64,000 nt of DNA from contig NW_003314270.1 of NCBI RefSeq assembly GCF_000143415.4, forward strand, positions 3,085,478 to 3,149,477. The letters run 5' to 3'. Below the pieces are notes generated by a model that saw nothing but the letters and a program-made list of their open reading frames with translations, was not told where the DNA came from and did no database searches. The translations under genes and the position numbers were made by a program. This document shows, piece after piece, positions 50,601 through 64,000 of the stretch; the first letter of the stretch is position 1; every line of letters starts with the position of its first letter. The stretch comes from Selaginella moellendorffii. Taxonomy: Eukaryota; Plantae; Lycopodiophyta.

Positions 50601-53600
50601 ATCCCGATAGCTGCATGCATGCCTCTATCAGTAATTGAACATGTATACAACATTCTTACCGAATGGTGCAATCCAACTAATCTTACACAGGTCGCTTCAG
50701 ATCTACTAGAAAAGTCTTTGCATATGCAACTTAAGTCAGAAAATCCCACAAAAATTAGATAGGAATCGCTGAGATAATTCCTCTAATACCAAATATAGTG
50801 CACTTGAATTTGGAGCTGAACTCCAAGCCCATTGCACTACGAAACGAGGGTCCGGTACAATCCCACGAGCACCAACTCTCTGTATCCAACACTTGCACAC
50901 AAAATGGTGTCAGATGGAGTCTGACACAATTTTGGCATACCGGTGGCCTAACGCAAGGAGGAGGGTACCCCACTGACTAGAGTAGCATGGAGCTTGGGTT
51001 TAGACCCAAGCTGGACGTAGAACAAGGAGCGACATAGCCCAACAGGAGCCAAACTAATCTCTCAGGTGGTCGAACATGCATTCCAACCACTATCCCTACT
51101 ATACATTTGGAACCCCTCATATCCCCCCCTCTGAGGAACACACTTTGGGTTTTCACCCCAAGCCTCCTTTAGTACCAAGAGTTAGTCTCTAGAACAAGCT
51201 TGAAACTTACTAAATATGGAATGTATTTAGATTGTGAATTTGGATACAGGACAAACACCATTGTGTTCAGGCTGATCTCTACATTTTGTAGATATGCCAA
51301 ATGAGTGAATCTAGACACTTTTCATAAATAGCATTTGGGACTGAAATGAGACTAACACAAAGGGCATGATAGCAAGGGTGTTTGGAAAACATGGTAAGCT
51401 ATCATCCAGTAATATTGAGGGACTAGTCTCAATACGCAAGGGTTATTGCTAAGCCAATGCAAAACAGAGCAAAAGAGAAATAAGAGCCAGGCTAAAAATG
51501 CTAAGCTAAAAACACATAGGAGTTCCTACCTTATATTCATTTGGCTAAATATAGATGCTAAGCCCAGTAAACTAACATTTGGACAAGAGGGGCTATTAAA
51601 GGGGACCAGCAATTCGGACCTACTGCCGTTATGGCAGTAAGGAAAGAGTGTCTGTAAAGACTGGCCGACAAGTATCTTTCGATACCTAAAGTCACATTCG
51701 TGACATGAGCTCTCACTGATTTAGACTTGGTCTTGATAGCTTTGCACCCTAGCTGAGGATGGAGATGTCGAACTTAGTTGTTTGAAGTTTAGGTGTTGGT
51801 ACCTATACTATAGCTTTGTCTATGAGGAGGTTGTGTACCAATATGAGTCCATCTCATGATCTTCACTTTAGTTTTGGCTGAGTGTTGGTCATGCATAGCT
51901 AACCTCTTTAAGGCATGCTTAGAGCTATTGGCTAAATGCATTAATGGGCTTATTGAGGTTCAATTAAATTCGAGTGGTCATTTAGTTCATGCTTATCCAT
52001 GTATCTAGGGTGTTACCTTCCGTTAGATAAGCATATGACACGATGACATGAGTTTAGTGTTTAGGTCTTATGATGGCAAATTGAAGAGTGATTATTAATT
52101 GCTTTGTAGCTAGTGATTGCTTGTAAACTTTGTCGAGGATTATTAACACTTGCTTTGCTCGATGAAAATTTAACAATGATAGGCTTGCTTTACTGGATGG
52201 TGTTGTGAAGGACCTTATTGTGGGCTTGCATGGTTTTTCCATGTTGGCATGTTGATTTCATATTTGTTTATATCATTTGGTTGCATTTAATTTGTGGTGT
52301 TGGATTACATTGAGTCTTGGATGTGATGATTCACTCCTTGATGATGTGTTGTCTATAACTAAGTATTATTGACATTTGCTTTTATCTTTGATATTGGTTA
52401 ACTTGGTTGTTAAAGAGCTTTGAATGGTGATTCGCTCTTACTTTCTTCTAACTTTGTTATGGTATTAATAGCATTGAAGTGATGTCTTGTCATTGACATT
52501 GTTGATGTTGATATTTGAGTGAAATGAGATGTCTCTCCATAGGATTGATATTCAACTATCTTAGTCTCGATAAACATAGTGTTGATGATTTGGTTATAGT
52601 TATATGCTATTAGCATTTGTGCATTTCCTAGCTAGCAATTGTGTTAGCACTGAATGACAAATTTGAGTTAGCTATATTCTAGACGAGATTATTTAGTAGG
52701 GGTTGAGCTTTGGCTTTTCCTTAAAACGTGATTTAGTCATGGACTATGTTAGCTTTATAAGAAGAAAAATTAGTGATCAATATTGAAGTGATTAAATCCT
52801 TGTTGGATTTGAGTTAAGGATATATTGATTATTGATGATTTTTTTTGTGTTTGTTATGAAATGAGTTACGCTCTGCTATAGAAGATGGATTCATGGAAGA
52901 TCATTTAGTAACCACTTATTGAGCATAAGTTCGTTATGCTTGGTTTTTGGATTGATGTAGATATGCTCTTCATTAGCTTTAGCATTATAAAATTTGGCTT
53001 ATAAATGTGTTAAAGAGAATATTATGGGTTGTACCATGATTTCTTCTTTGGCATTAAAGTTAGTTCATGCAAGACTCGTGATCATTATTAGGCAAGACTT
53101 GGCTATAGGCTTCTTTAAACTTTTTGTTCTTTAAGTTTTATGCTCATTTGTCCATTTGTTAGGAGTTGTTAAGGAAGGCATTTTAGTTTGTTAGCTTTGA
53201 TGTTAAAGTTAGTATTTGCTTTGGTAATCATTGATAACGATTAACTATCATCTAGAATACTTGATTATCCTTCTCAAAGGTTTTGCTTCATTATTGTTAT
53301 TATAAACTGATTTGCCGTTCTTCGGGATGAAGCTCTATTTCGTTAAAGTGGGAATTGTCATTATCCCACTTGTAAAATAAGGTTTCCAAACCTTTATATA
53401 GTATATAAATATAACAAAATTCAATTGCATTGAGGCACATGCCATTTTATTTTAAACAAGGAAATGTCTACTCAATCACTTCTCCTCCCCCTGCCACTGC
53501 TTCACCTCTCTCTTCTCCTTGTCATCGTCGTCCAATTTCTTTCCATCCTTTTAATATTGGCTCAGTTGCTCCGAGTCTAGGTGGAGCCCAAGTCCCCATT

Positions 53601-53771
53601 CAATCTTTACTTTCCCCTAATTAATAAAACAACTTCATAGACTTCCAATAACATGCTGTAACACTTCTAGTATAATGCAAATCCTCTCAAAGAATTGTCT
53701 TTTAATATTAATACAATGGCATGGAACCCCATGCCATAATAAGTTACATTTTTAAATAAATACATGCCATC

Positions 53772-56700
53772 TCAGACTGTTATTTTTTGCCTCCAACGCC
53801 TATACAATAATCTTGGAATTTCATCACTCTCCACACTATCAGGATTTAAACCCAATAGTAATGCCATCTCTTCTCTAATACGTCCACACTCATGTTCAGT
53901 GGTCGAAGAACCCATCCGGTTGAGCAGATTATAGAGATGCGGATAGTGCTTGGCTAGACAATATACATGCCATAAATGATGACTGGTGTCTGTCCGATCA
54001 AATGGCTTCTAATATACCGTTCCATCTGCCATTTGGTTGATTTCTGCAGCCACCTCCTGGACTGGCCGGTTCTCTATCACCATCGCTCCAAGCCGTTTTG
54101 CAAGGTCCCCCAGAACATACGGTTTCTTCTCCCTAGTTTCCATACTGCAAGAGATGGGGTGCACTGCATATGTGTGCGTGTTCGCTGCAGTTTTAATCGG
54201 CGAGTCATCGATGATGAGGATTTCACTTGAGCTAGCAGTCCGGTTCATCACTACAGCCTCTGGCTTGACGAAGATGGGCTTGCTACCCCTCACATGGACC
54301 ATAGTCAAGCAATCCTCCTGCGTTAGGAGAAAGTCAAATGGTAATATTACTCGCGTCTGATCGTGTATCATCTGTAGCAACGTTAATGCATTGTGGTGCA
54401 TCATGGATGTCCAAACTCCCAATTGCAAATTGAACCCGACCCTCTGTTTTAAGTGTCGCATAGTCATTATTAGATCCCGCAGTTTCTCCCGTGTGATTAA
54501 TGTGAATCTGTCTCTTTTGACCAACTTGCGACCGCAGGCTTTGGAGGGTGCAATGACATTCGAGGACGAGCCACGCTCATGGGAGAAAAGGACACCGTTC
54601 AGATCAAAAACGATATAGTACCTTCGCCGTGACTCTAAAATGAAATGCGTCAGCATAAAAAATGGTACAAGTCAATTTTACCATCTACAATATTAGCGAA
54701 TGTTGCTCCCGATGGTCGTTGAGAGGGTTTTGGTCGAGGAAACGTGAAGGGCGGAAATACTCTCCTCTGCAATGTGGGGTCAATCGCATCCGATGGCGTG
54801 TGGGCACATGCCATTTCAGCTGTAGACTCTGGTACAACTGGCTCAACAGTGGCATGGGGTGGTTCCGATGGCATGTGATCACACGCCATTTCAGCTGGTG
54901 CCTCCGTTGGCAAAGTGGACATGACCGAACAGGCAGCAGAGGCGGTGTAGGGAGGTTCCAACGGCGCGTAGTCAGACGATTGGGCACACGTTGAGTCCGT
55001 TGGAAATGAGGATACGACCGGCTCGGCGGCTGGGGCGGCCTCATGTGGGTCCAATGGCGCCTGGTCACCGTCAGTTGGATACGTGGACAAGATTGACTCA
55101 GTGGTATGGGCAGCATCAAGTGGAGCGTGGTCAGCTTGCTTGGCGTTGATATGGATAGTAGCCTCCACCAGCTCTAATGACTCTTGCAGCCAAGTAGAGT
55201 CCACTAGCGGATCCATATGCACGTCCAAATATCTCCCTTCGATTGAGATGGTATCCTCCCGTGCTACTAAAAACAAACTCATTAGCACATTGAATCGACT
55301 ATACTGTATTTACCATCAACTGCTATTGAGGAACTAGGACTGATATCACTTGGGCACACTGCTGATTCTGAAGGATTGGACATACGTTTCAACCCTTGCT
55401 TGGCACTATCCTTCCTCGACACTAAAGGCTAGAGTTTGTAAATTCAACTGAATAATCTCTACTTACCATTTGCTCTGCGACCTACATGGACAATGTTAGA
55501 AATGGTAAAAGGTTAGGAATGGATGTACTATTATTTACCTGATGGTTTGTCTTGTATGACCTTCCTCCGCTGCTCTTTGGCCACCTCAGGCTGGCCATCG
55601 TCGTCATCATCGTCGTCGTCGTTATTGTGATCGTCACCATTGTGAGGACCATCCAAGTCCTCTTCGTCCTCCTCTTCTTCGTCCTCCTCTTCTTTGTCCT
55701 CCTCTTCGTCCTTCTGCTCTTCCTGCTCATTATCTTTCTCTGGCTCCTCATCCCCCTCCTGCATTTCTTCCATAGGCTGCTCAGGCTGGATGGCTTGTTC
55801 TTCCAGGACCATCTTGGGAAAATCATCTGGCCGAGTCTCCATCTCAAAATACAAGACATCCATAGCCTGTTTTAGTGCGTGACCTAGGACCGTATCCTCA
55901 CCCGACTGTCTTAACATGGTTTCTGCACGTTCTTGCACCCTTCGAAGACGACGAGATGAGAAAAACGTGGCCCTGACTTGAAAAGCTTCCCTCATCCATT
56001 GTACCTCTCCATTGAGATTGGGGAAGGGGAGTCCGCCATAGGAATCTGAGTCATGAGGTGGTGACTGCTTGCTTTCACTCAGCCCTTGATCTGCAATGAA
56101 TGGCATGAGCACACATGCCATAACCGCGAGGCATTACCTATCATCTTTTCGTTGCCCTTCTTCCTTTTTGAATCAAACGCCTCTAATCTCGACGACTGTC
56201 CAACGTGCTTTCGCTTTTTATGACCACTGTCAGTTTGAGCTTGGCTGGTGCTTGCCTGTTTTGCCTTTGAAGAAGTTTCTCCCTCAAGGAATGGCATGAG
56301 ACCACACGCCATTGCAAATATAATTTGTACCTCCTTTTTTCCTATTGCTTGTCTGTTTGTCCTTCTTCGATGCGCCACCAGTGCGCTTTTCAGTCCTCGT
56401 GTCTGAATATTCACAACGATCTATAATCAAAATGGCGTGAGGCCTCACGTGACCTTACCTTGTGCAGGTTGTGAGCTCGGCCCAACATGGGTATCTTCAA
56501 CAGTAGCTGTTAACGCCGTTTCAGCATCTGGGGGTGGCCACGCTCCTGCATACAGAGCTTGTGAGATAACATTTAAATTTAAAGTGTGTACTCACCAGGT
56601 TCGCAGAGAAGATACTGTTTTTCTTTGGCAACTGTAATTATATGCTCCATTGAAGTCACCTCTTCAATGGAGTTTGTCACCGCAACACACGGGACACCCT

Positions 56701-59394
56701 TGAGTAGTGCGGCTCGAAAGAATAGTCCGCCGCAGTTGTACTCGACAACGCATTTGCCCTTGGAGTCGGAAGCAGGTGACCCACCCGCTATTGCGTTGAA
56801 GACCCAGCTGAGCATTTCCCATGCTGCACCTGGAGCTTTCTTTGGATTCGAAAGCTCCATAGCCGTCTTCAGTTCCTCAGGCATGGGTAAATTGACCTCC
56901 CTCAGATCAATTCGATCGGCCTTGTCGAACGAAGCTAGGAAGTCACTCCAGTCCCACTCTGCTGCAGGACCAATAACAAGGGCGAGTGTGAAGATGCGGA
57001 CATTCGTCGGTATCTTCTTCTTAGCCATTATCCCATGGATCTCCCGCATCTCCTTGCCTTTCAACCGAGCCTTCACCTCGTTCAAGGCCTTCCAGAACTT
57101 GTGATAGGATTCGGAGTCGTAGATCATATAGTGGACTGAAGATTCCACCTCCGCAAGTCCCACCATTAAGTCAATGATAGAGCTGACTTCGTCTGCATGA
57201 GTGATCTCCTCGTTTGTGAAGTCCATCACACAAAAGATGTTCTTGACCTGCTCATCTCCGCGGGAAACGATGCTCCTCCACCTTTGATCCTCATCCGAAT
57301 TCAAGTATACCCGGTAAGGTTCTCGATAGGCCTCTACTGCGGGGTCGAGCTGTTTCTGAAGCCGACGGTCGACATCAATCTTAATGAAATTTGGATACTG
57401 ATCCAACTTCTCAGCTTTACTTTTCGTGGCATCCCGCAGCAGATCGATGAACTTGGGGGCCCCCTTCACGTACTCGTCGATGTCTTCATTTGACAACTCC
57501 AGCGCTTCCATCATCTCTTGCGTGGTGTCGATGCTCACCCTCTCCATGGCCACTTGCTCGAAGATCCAATCCTTCAATAGCGCACGAGCTCTCAGAGTCG
57601 TGCACAAGTCCTCGTATGTCACAATATGGCCGGGAGTCATTTTGGTCTTGTTGAAGACTACCTCACCACGTAAAAGAGCATTAGCCACTGTCAGAAGGTC
57701 GTCATCGTCTAGAGACCGCGAGAAACGCAAGGCGTTGAGCTTCAAATCATTGGGCTTCCGGCCGTCCTCCACACCCATTGAGTTTGGCAACTCCCCGTCA
57801 TGGTACCTCCTCAGCACATCTACCCATTTGTCAAAAACAACTTTTGTCGCGAGTAGAATGTTATGGATGCTGAGTGTGTCATTGACCCCCAGTGTTTTCG
57901 AGAGAAGACTCGAGAATTCCTGCAATGGAAATGGCGTGAGGCCACATGCTATGCCACATGCAACAAGGCTTACCTGCCAGGCGCTAGTTGCTAGTGCACG
58001 TCCTTGTCCTGGTTTTTGTGGCTTCTTTAGTTGAACCCAGAGCTTCCGTGTTCGTGCCAATGTCTCGTGCAGACCCGATTTGTAGCACGTTTCTTGCTTG
58101 ACATTCTGCGCGTGGGAGATGTATATGATAGATCGGAGGGGCGAGTTGCCTTTTATCAGGCGGACAACTCTTGTCTTGAAGACTTTCTTCACCTCCTCGC
58201 CCACCATAATATCCACAACTATCTCTTGCATCGCCAAGCTAGAATGCTGCCCGGAGACGGCATAGAACCGGATGTTCTGATCGTCCAACACCTTCCTATT
58301 GATCAAGTCTGGAAACTTCGTCTCGCCCTTCATTGTTCGGTAGTAGGGGATCACGTCTGCGATGTCAGGTGTTACTGGACTTGCCAGCATCTTCTGCTTC
58401 AGTTTCTCCACCCACTCATCAGATACTAGCCTGTGGTTGTATTTGCTTTGGATGTCGATATGGCTCACGTCGATTGTATATACTTTGTTGGAATAGTAAC
58501 AAGTACTACTATCTGCGACGATTTTTGCTGCCTCTTCTTGCTCTTTCTGCTCTTTGCGGCTCTTCTTTTTGGTGGGTGTAGTGTTCGAACCCAAGGCAAT
58601 GGCATCACTGAGTAGCTTCTTTTTTGGAGCAGGAGAGTCGGACGTCGGCTTGAGCTTGACCACCCTTTTCTGCTTCGAGGTAGTTTCCAGATCGACCCCC
58701 TTCCCCTTTGCTTCGCGAACTGGAGTCACTCTCAATGGCTCAATGTTGGAATATAGTTTTTGAACATCGCCGTAGGTGAGGTCCGTGGATTCCATGTGAT
58801 CTTCATAGACCCGGAGCGTCTTTGAAATTGTGGGCCTCCTGGACAACCTCTCCCTAGCTCCCTCTAGGAATTCCTCATAGCCGCTGCCCCCCTCCGGGAA
58901 GCCGCTAGGATGTGCAAGGTGGATCTTGAAGGCAGATGCTGTCTCTACCACAAGTGCCAGTCCATATTCTTGCATGGAACTGCATGGAGTGTCTGTCACT
59001 TGGATGAGGATCCCCATGCATTCTTTTCTCCCACCATCTGTGTTGTACAGCCTCAGATCCTCGCCTTCCATCCCGAAAGTCCAACTGGTGAGCTCCTCCC
59101 CCTTCTCTGCATCCATATTGACAGTGGCTGGAAGAAGAACGCAATTCCTCGCCTGTTCAGAAATGCACAACAATTAGAGCTGACAGATGAAAAACTAGTA
59201 GCTGGAAATAACGTGAGGCCACACGCCATTCACCACTGCATCAGATGTCTTGAGGCTGCATCCTAAGATGGCGTGAGGCTACACGCCATCTGTAACCGGA
59301 CTGCACTCGAGAGCCCAATCGGTGCATGCCAATGTTGCTACTGAATGGCATGTGGCCTCATGCCATTTTCTACTTGGCCTAAAAGACTTACCAT
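53772..59394 (-). pseudogene. Cargo gene copy 2 (ParB-like / MTase-like / acidic / NIF); premature stop in the NIF exon at 54009-54011
   Basis: ORFs 56579-59173, 55531-56121, 54650-55288 and 54009-54656 match copy 1; CAG>TAG lesion; shorter acidic tract. Confidence 0.7.
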
Positions 59395-60636
59395 TTGAAG
59401 CCGAATGGAGGAGTGACAACCGGACTCGCTGGCGAATGTGCACTGTGTGTGCAGCGGATCGTAGCAGCAAGGCTACTCTGCCACTTACAGTTGGAGAGTG
59501 GCACTGAAATCTCCCGGGATGCCAAGTGGGCTGCGTGTGGGTGGCGGAGTGGGCGGCGGAGTTGGCGGCGAAGTTACAAACTGGGTGTGTCTTGAAGTGG
59601 ACGTCGATGCACACGAGCGCGATGCGAGCGCGAGTGTGATGCAAGCGCGAGTGGACGCCGATGCACACGAGAAACCTGTAGAGAAGTGGGAGCGCGAGTG
59701 GGAGCGCGATGCGAGCGCGAGTGTGCGAGCGCGAGTACGAAGGAAAATGCAAAACCTAACCTCACACGCGCGAAATGTCACGACGGTTGGTAATCCCGCC
59801 ACGTCATCATTTCTCGGACTTGGGCGCCACCATTAATTTCTGGATCGGCGCGCGTATGCGTGAAATCCAAAAGAAATCCGCAACGTCATCATTCCTCGGA
59901 CTGCATGCACGCGAAATCCAAAAGAAAGATCATGATTGGGATATCATTTAATACCCTCGCTATATTTATACCATGCATGATTGGATATTCCAAAGCATCT
60001 TGTATTTCCAAAAATGCCAGATGTTCAGCTAAATAAATTGTCAGAGGATTTGATGTGACGTTCAAGCATGTGGGCTCATGCAATTTTGATCCCAAAAAAT
60101 GCACCAAAAAATGCTCGGCGTCATATGGCGTTATCTCTTGAATGGCGTGGGGCCGCATGCCATTTTCAGGAGCACATAGGAGTATATTCCTAGAATATTC
60201 TGACACGCGCGAGATTGGTTTGAGTTTCCTGGAGATCCAACCGTTAGATCGCAACTAGATTTTACAGAATGGTATACAATGTCCTTCTTGATGACCCTGC
60301 AAAGAAGCATCTCGATCGGACACTACATGAGACCACACGAGCCTTACAATGTTTCAGGGGCATTTGCCATAGATCCGACCGTTATTTTGCTCCAAGATTC
60401 TACAGTTTGGTGTGCACTGACCTTTCCATCGACACTGCAAAGGGACATCACAATCAGATGCGGGATCACAAGAAACCAACTTCACTAACTCTGGTTTCAC
60501 CAAGATCTACGTAAGGAGTTATGAAATGAAAGGACCCTCTCTATTGAAATGTGTTTATGGTCCTAGGGGCATTGTGACATATCAAAGGATTTTGCATCAA
60601 GTTCTGTATTTGCATGTTTATCAAGCTACTGAATTG

Positions 60637-60668
60637 CTAAACCCTAAACCCTAAACCCTAACCCTAAA
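60637..60668 (-). repeat. Interstitial plant telomere tract (CCCTAAA)n in the single repeat unit of copy 2
   Basis: CTAAACCCTAAACCCTAAACCCTAACCCTAAA. Confidence 0.9.
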
Positions 60669-61963
60669 CATGTGGCAAATGCTGCGTGAAGAAAGATGCC
60701 CTTTCTGGGCAAATGCTGTAAGAGGCAGATTCCGAGCAGATGTATCTCAGGCCAGCGAAGGGGACAAACGAAAACTAGCTATAAACATGACGGGATGCAA
60801 ATAGATTACTAGGCTGGTCCTGCGAAAATCAAAAACCATAATTGAAAACATTGAAAATGCAAAAAGAAAGGTTTATAATATTTTTGAATTTTAAGCAACC
60901 AAATGAATGTAAGTAGGGCATGTGTTTGTAAGTTTAAAAATGCCTCAACCACTTAAATTCCCAAGTAAATAAAGCTGTTTCTATTTTTGGTACAGGTAAA
61001 CTTTATAGCGTGTGGGCTCATGCAATTTTGAACCCAAAAATGCACCAAAAAATGCTCGACTAGCATTATTCTTTGAATGGCGTGTGGCCTTATATTGCCA
61101 TAAATGGACGTACACACACAGCATAATTATTCCTTTACATGGCGAATAATCTTGGCGCAGATCGCTGACATGGCATGGCAAAGTTCGAATCACTGACATG
61201 GCACAGCTGGATCGAGGCAAGGACATGATGTGACAAAGTTCAACCTCCGACAGCAAAGTCTAGAAGCTACTCAGTTTGAAATTTGTCAGAGGAATCATAA
61301 GATCTGGTTTGTCAGAGGATTTGATGTGACGTTCAAGCGCGTGTTATTTTTGAATTCTCGAACTCATTCCTAGGTCTATCATTTTTGTGCGCCGTGTTCT
61401 TGGTTCCGCTGAGCGCAGTGAGCGCTGCTTGTGTAAGCGGCGTTGTGAGCTGTGGTTTATGCGTCTACAAGCGGTTGCGGCATTGCGAGCGCCATTGCGA
61501 GCGGCAGTTTATGCGAGTGGCAGTTTGTGCAAGCGGCGCTACGAGCAGTTGCGGTGTTGCGAGCGGCGCTACGAGTAGTTGCGGTGTTGCGAGCGGCACT
61601 GTCTTTGGTGTGGCTACCGCTTCCTCTTGATATTCGGCACTTGTGCTTCCTGGTATGTTCACTATGGAATGGTTTAGGACCACATTTAGAAATGGCATGA
61701 GGCCACATGCCATCTTGGGCCCTTGCAATTTCATGGCTAGCGTATTGTCATGTATGTTTTTACTTGCCTGCAGCTGTGTGTATATCAAGATGGCATGAGG
61801 CCTCATGCCAATTTTGTGAATGCGAAATTTCACGTGGGTGTCAATAACATGTTTGAATAATGGCATGTGGCCTCATGCTATTGAGGTTGTTTGGTATGTT
61901 ATGATTTAGGCCATTCTCCAATCATTTTTTGTATGGTCTTAACTTCTTTTCTGCACTTTCAGA

Positions 61964-63987
61964 ATGGCCTTCAGGGTTGGGGAAAAGGTTTACATTTTGA
62001 ATGGTGGGAAGAGAGTTGCAAAAGGGACCCTTGTGTCTATGGATCGGAACTTTGTTATACACTGTCAAAGGCTTGGGGAAGGCAATGCTGCTGTATTAGT
62101 AGAGACTGTCTTCGATGGGAATGTGGTCGCTATTGAACAAGGAGAGATGGTCGTCGGGGTAAATGTTGTTGTTGCCTTGAAAAATCTGCAGAAGAAAGCA
62201 GATGTTGGGGACAGCGCAAGTGCGACGCATGTTCCCTCCATGGATCTTAAGAACCGTGCTACATGGATTCAGGCAAAGGTGTTTCTAAACAACCCCGAGG
62301 GGGAGGTGGTAGCTGAGGGCTTAGCCACAGTTGTCGATCCAAGAGATGCGGTTGCTAATCAAGAATTGGGCTGGGATGATATTGGAGTTGCGATTTTAGA
62401 GGTTGTTGACACAGAAGAAAACAGTCTGACTATTGGAAGCATTGTGCGGTGGAAATTGAGGCATTTAGTGTTTGAGAATGTGAAGGATTCACAATCAAAC
62501 ACCACTACAACTGATGACAGAACATCTCTTCATGGGAAAAGAAAGTACACCTTCCTACAGTGCAGCCAAAGGGATCTGAGCAACGAACCGAAAAGGCAGA
62601 AAATGGCGATGGAGGTTCGAATGGTCTCGACAGTTGCTTGTTGCAAGAGGAGGTGCTGTCAACATGCTGATTGGGATGCTATTGAAGAGGAGAGAGCAAG
62701 ATACAAGACATTGTCCTGGAAGGCAGCTCGCAATTTTGTGTATGAGGCATTACGGTCATCTGTTGATGCTTCAGAACATCAGGTGGGGGGCATGGTCTTC
62801 CAGAGGGGTTTGGTCTGCATGAAGGCATGGAGAATCATTTATGGAGTCCCTCGAAGCATATTCTACAGAATCAAAACTGAGTTCGAGGAACAAAGGGTTC
62901 AATAGGCAGTCCATGGGAACGACGGTACGCACAAAACCAGGGGTCATGTTGTATATGGAGAGGCAATCTTCAAGAGGTTTGTCGAGACATGTAGCGAGCA
63001 GCAACCACATAAAACCCGCCTCTTGGAAGATGGAACACGAGACACCCAATGAGTTCTCCCTTCCATGTATACCAAGGGGGCCATATTGGAAGATGTGAAT
63101 CGGGAACTCCAGAGTAATGGCTACAGGAAGCTGAGCCAATCTAGATTTAGTAGATTGTAGAGCAACAGGTTCAGGGATGTGAGTATAGGAAAGTACTCCA
63201 GCTTTTCAAAGTGTGACGAGTGCACTGCTATCAAAATGGCTTTGTCGAAGAATTCTTGCAGCGCTCAAGAGCGAGAGACGTTGGTTAGAAGGCGGCTCGA
63301 CCACAACATCGAGCAGAGAAGCTGCAGGACTGCATATTATCATAACAGGATTCTCTCCATGGAGAGACCTGACTCTTACCTCTGCATCATCCACGACAAA
63401 ATGGACCAGAAAAAGACGTGTTTACCTCGACTCAATCCTGCCCCCAAGGTAATCTCTTCATCCATGCAGCTGCTTGTGTCTCTGTTTGGCATAATCGCTC
63501 ATGGGCATGGTGCCCAGAACTATGGGAACTTCTTTGTACCTCTATGGGGTGGCGGGGGTGCAAACATGATGATTGCGTCCCTAGCAAAACACTTAAGGTC
63601 TCTGCAAAGTGCGCAGACTGAGCTGAACGGCCAACCCTTGCATAAGGCCCTTGTCGATCGAACCCCATACAGGGTTCAGCTGGAGGAGGAGCAAAGGCTT
63701 GCAGTATCGCGTGGGGCCCCATGCCATCTCAGTGAATATGTTGGCCGTCAGATTGTAGGGTTATCACGTGAGGCCTCTTGCCATTCCGACGAGGCTAGTC
63801 GCCCGGTGAATGCACAGCCTCATCCAAATGAAGCAGAATCTCAAGGAAGTTCTTGCGGCCGATGTGGCCTTCCACCCCATCTTCTGCTCCAAACAGACAA
63901 TGCTGGCAGTGAGAACAAAAACATGTACGTCTTCGCGTACTTGGCGATGCTTGTTGCCAAAGGCATATTTGAACGGTTACACTTGGC
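61964..63987 (+). pseudogene. Transposase copy 2, several premature stops, cut off before the last catalytic motif
   Basis: Stops at about 62903 (CAG>TAG), 63050 (CGA>TGA) and 63158 (TGG>TAG); 1-bp deletion near 63972. Confidence 0.85.
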
Positions 63988-64000
63988 AACGAAACCCCTC

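Larger units (their letters stand above)
22900..51705 (-). mobile_element. Chromovirus (Ty3/Gypsy with chromodomain integrase), degenerate, hosting three nested insertions
   Basis: 5' LTR 50794-51705, Met-type PBS at 50781-50791, gag about 49330-50600, pol about 45045-49330, chromodomain completed at about 30570-30668, PPT 29954-29966, 3' LTR begins at 29953 and probably ends at 22900; the LTRs are diverged and flanks differ (GGCAG vs TGAGC), so the 22900 boundary is tentative. Confidence 0.75.
53330..63987. mobile_element. Second, inverted copy of the TIR DNA transposon; other end not seen
   Basis: Starts with the same TIR at 53330 (flank GATG); near-identical reverse complement of about 32385-45044; similarity stops at about 63987. 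Confidence 0.92.

Noticed and set aside
51706-53329. Specific identity for this T-rich degenerate stretch
   Set aside because: No recognisable motif or boundary by eye; needs a repeat-library search

Overview
Eukaryotic land-plant nuclear DNA. The GC-rich genes with very short introns suggest a lycophyte such as Selaginella (inference only). Positions 1-10.3 kb are gene-dense: an auxilin-like J-domain gene, a nuclear-encoded organellar ribosomal protein S11, a CHASE-domain cytokinin receptor histidine kinase and an intronless F-box gene. The rest is nested transposable elements: a foldback/MITE, a solo LTR with TSD, a decayed Tat-type Gypsy element with an extra archaeal-type RNase H before RT, and a chromovirus. 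The chromovirus carries three insertions: a non-coding LTR element and a tandem TRIM, both with a 5S-rRNA-derived Pol III promoter module in their LTRs, and a 14.4-kb TIR DNA transposon inside its chromodomain. That transposon has a second, inverted copy at 53.3-64 kb and is the most unusual object here. It encodes a Sola-like DDD transposase with extra TnpA-like and BAH-like domains. A divergent cargo gene can be spliced into one ~1,650-aa protein (ParB-like + degenerate DNA-methyltransferase-like + acidic tract + FCP1/NIF phosphatase). About 20 copies of a 20-bp palindrome are spread through the element, many in introns, and an expandable 871-bp repeat with plant telomere tracts lies between the two genes. 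Domain calls come from motif recognition by eye, not database searches.
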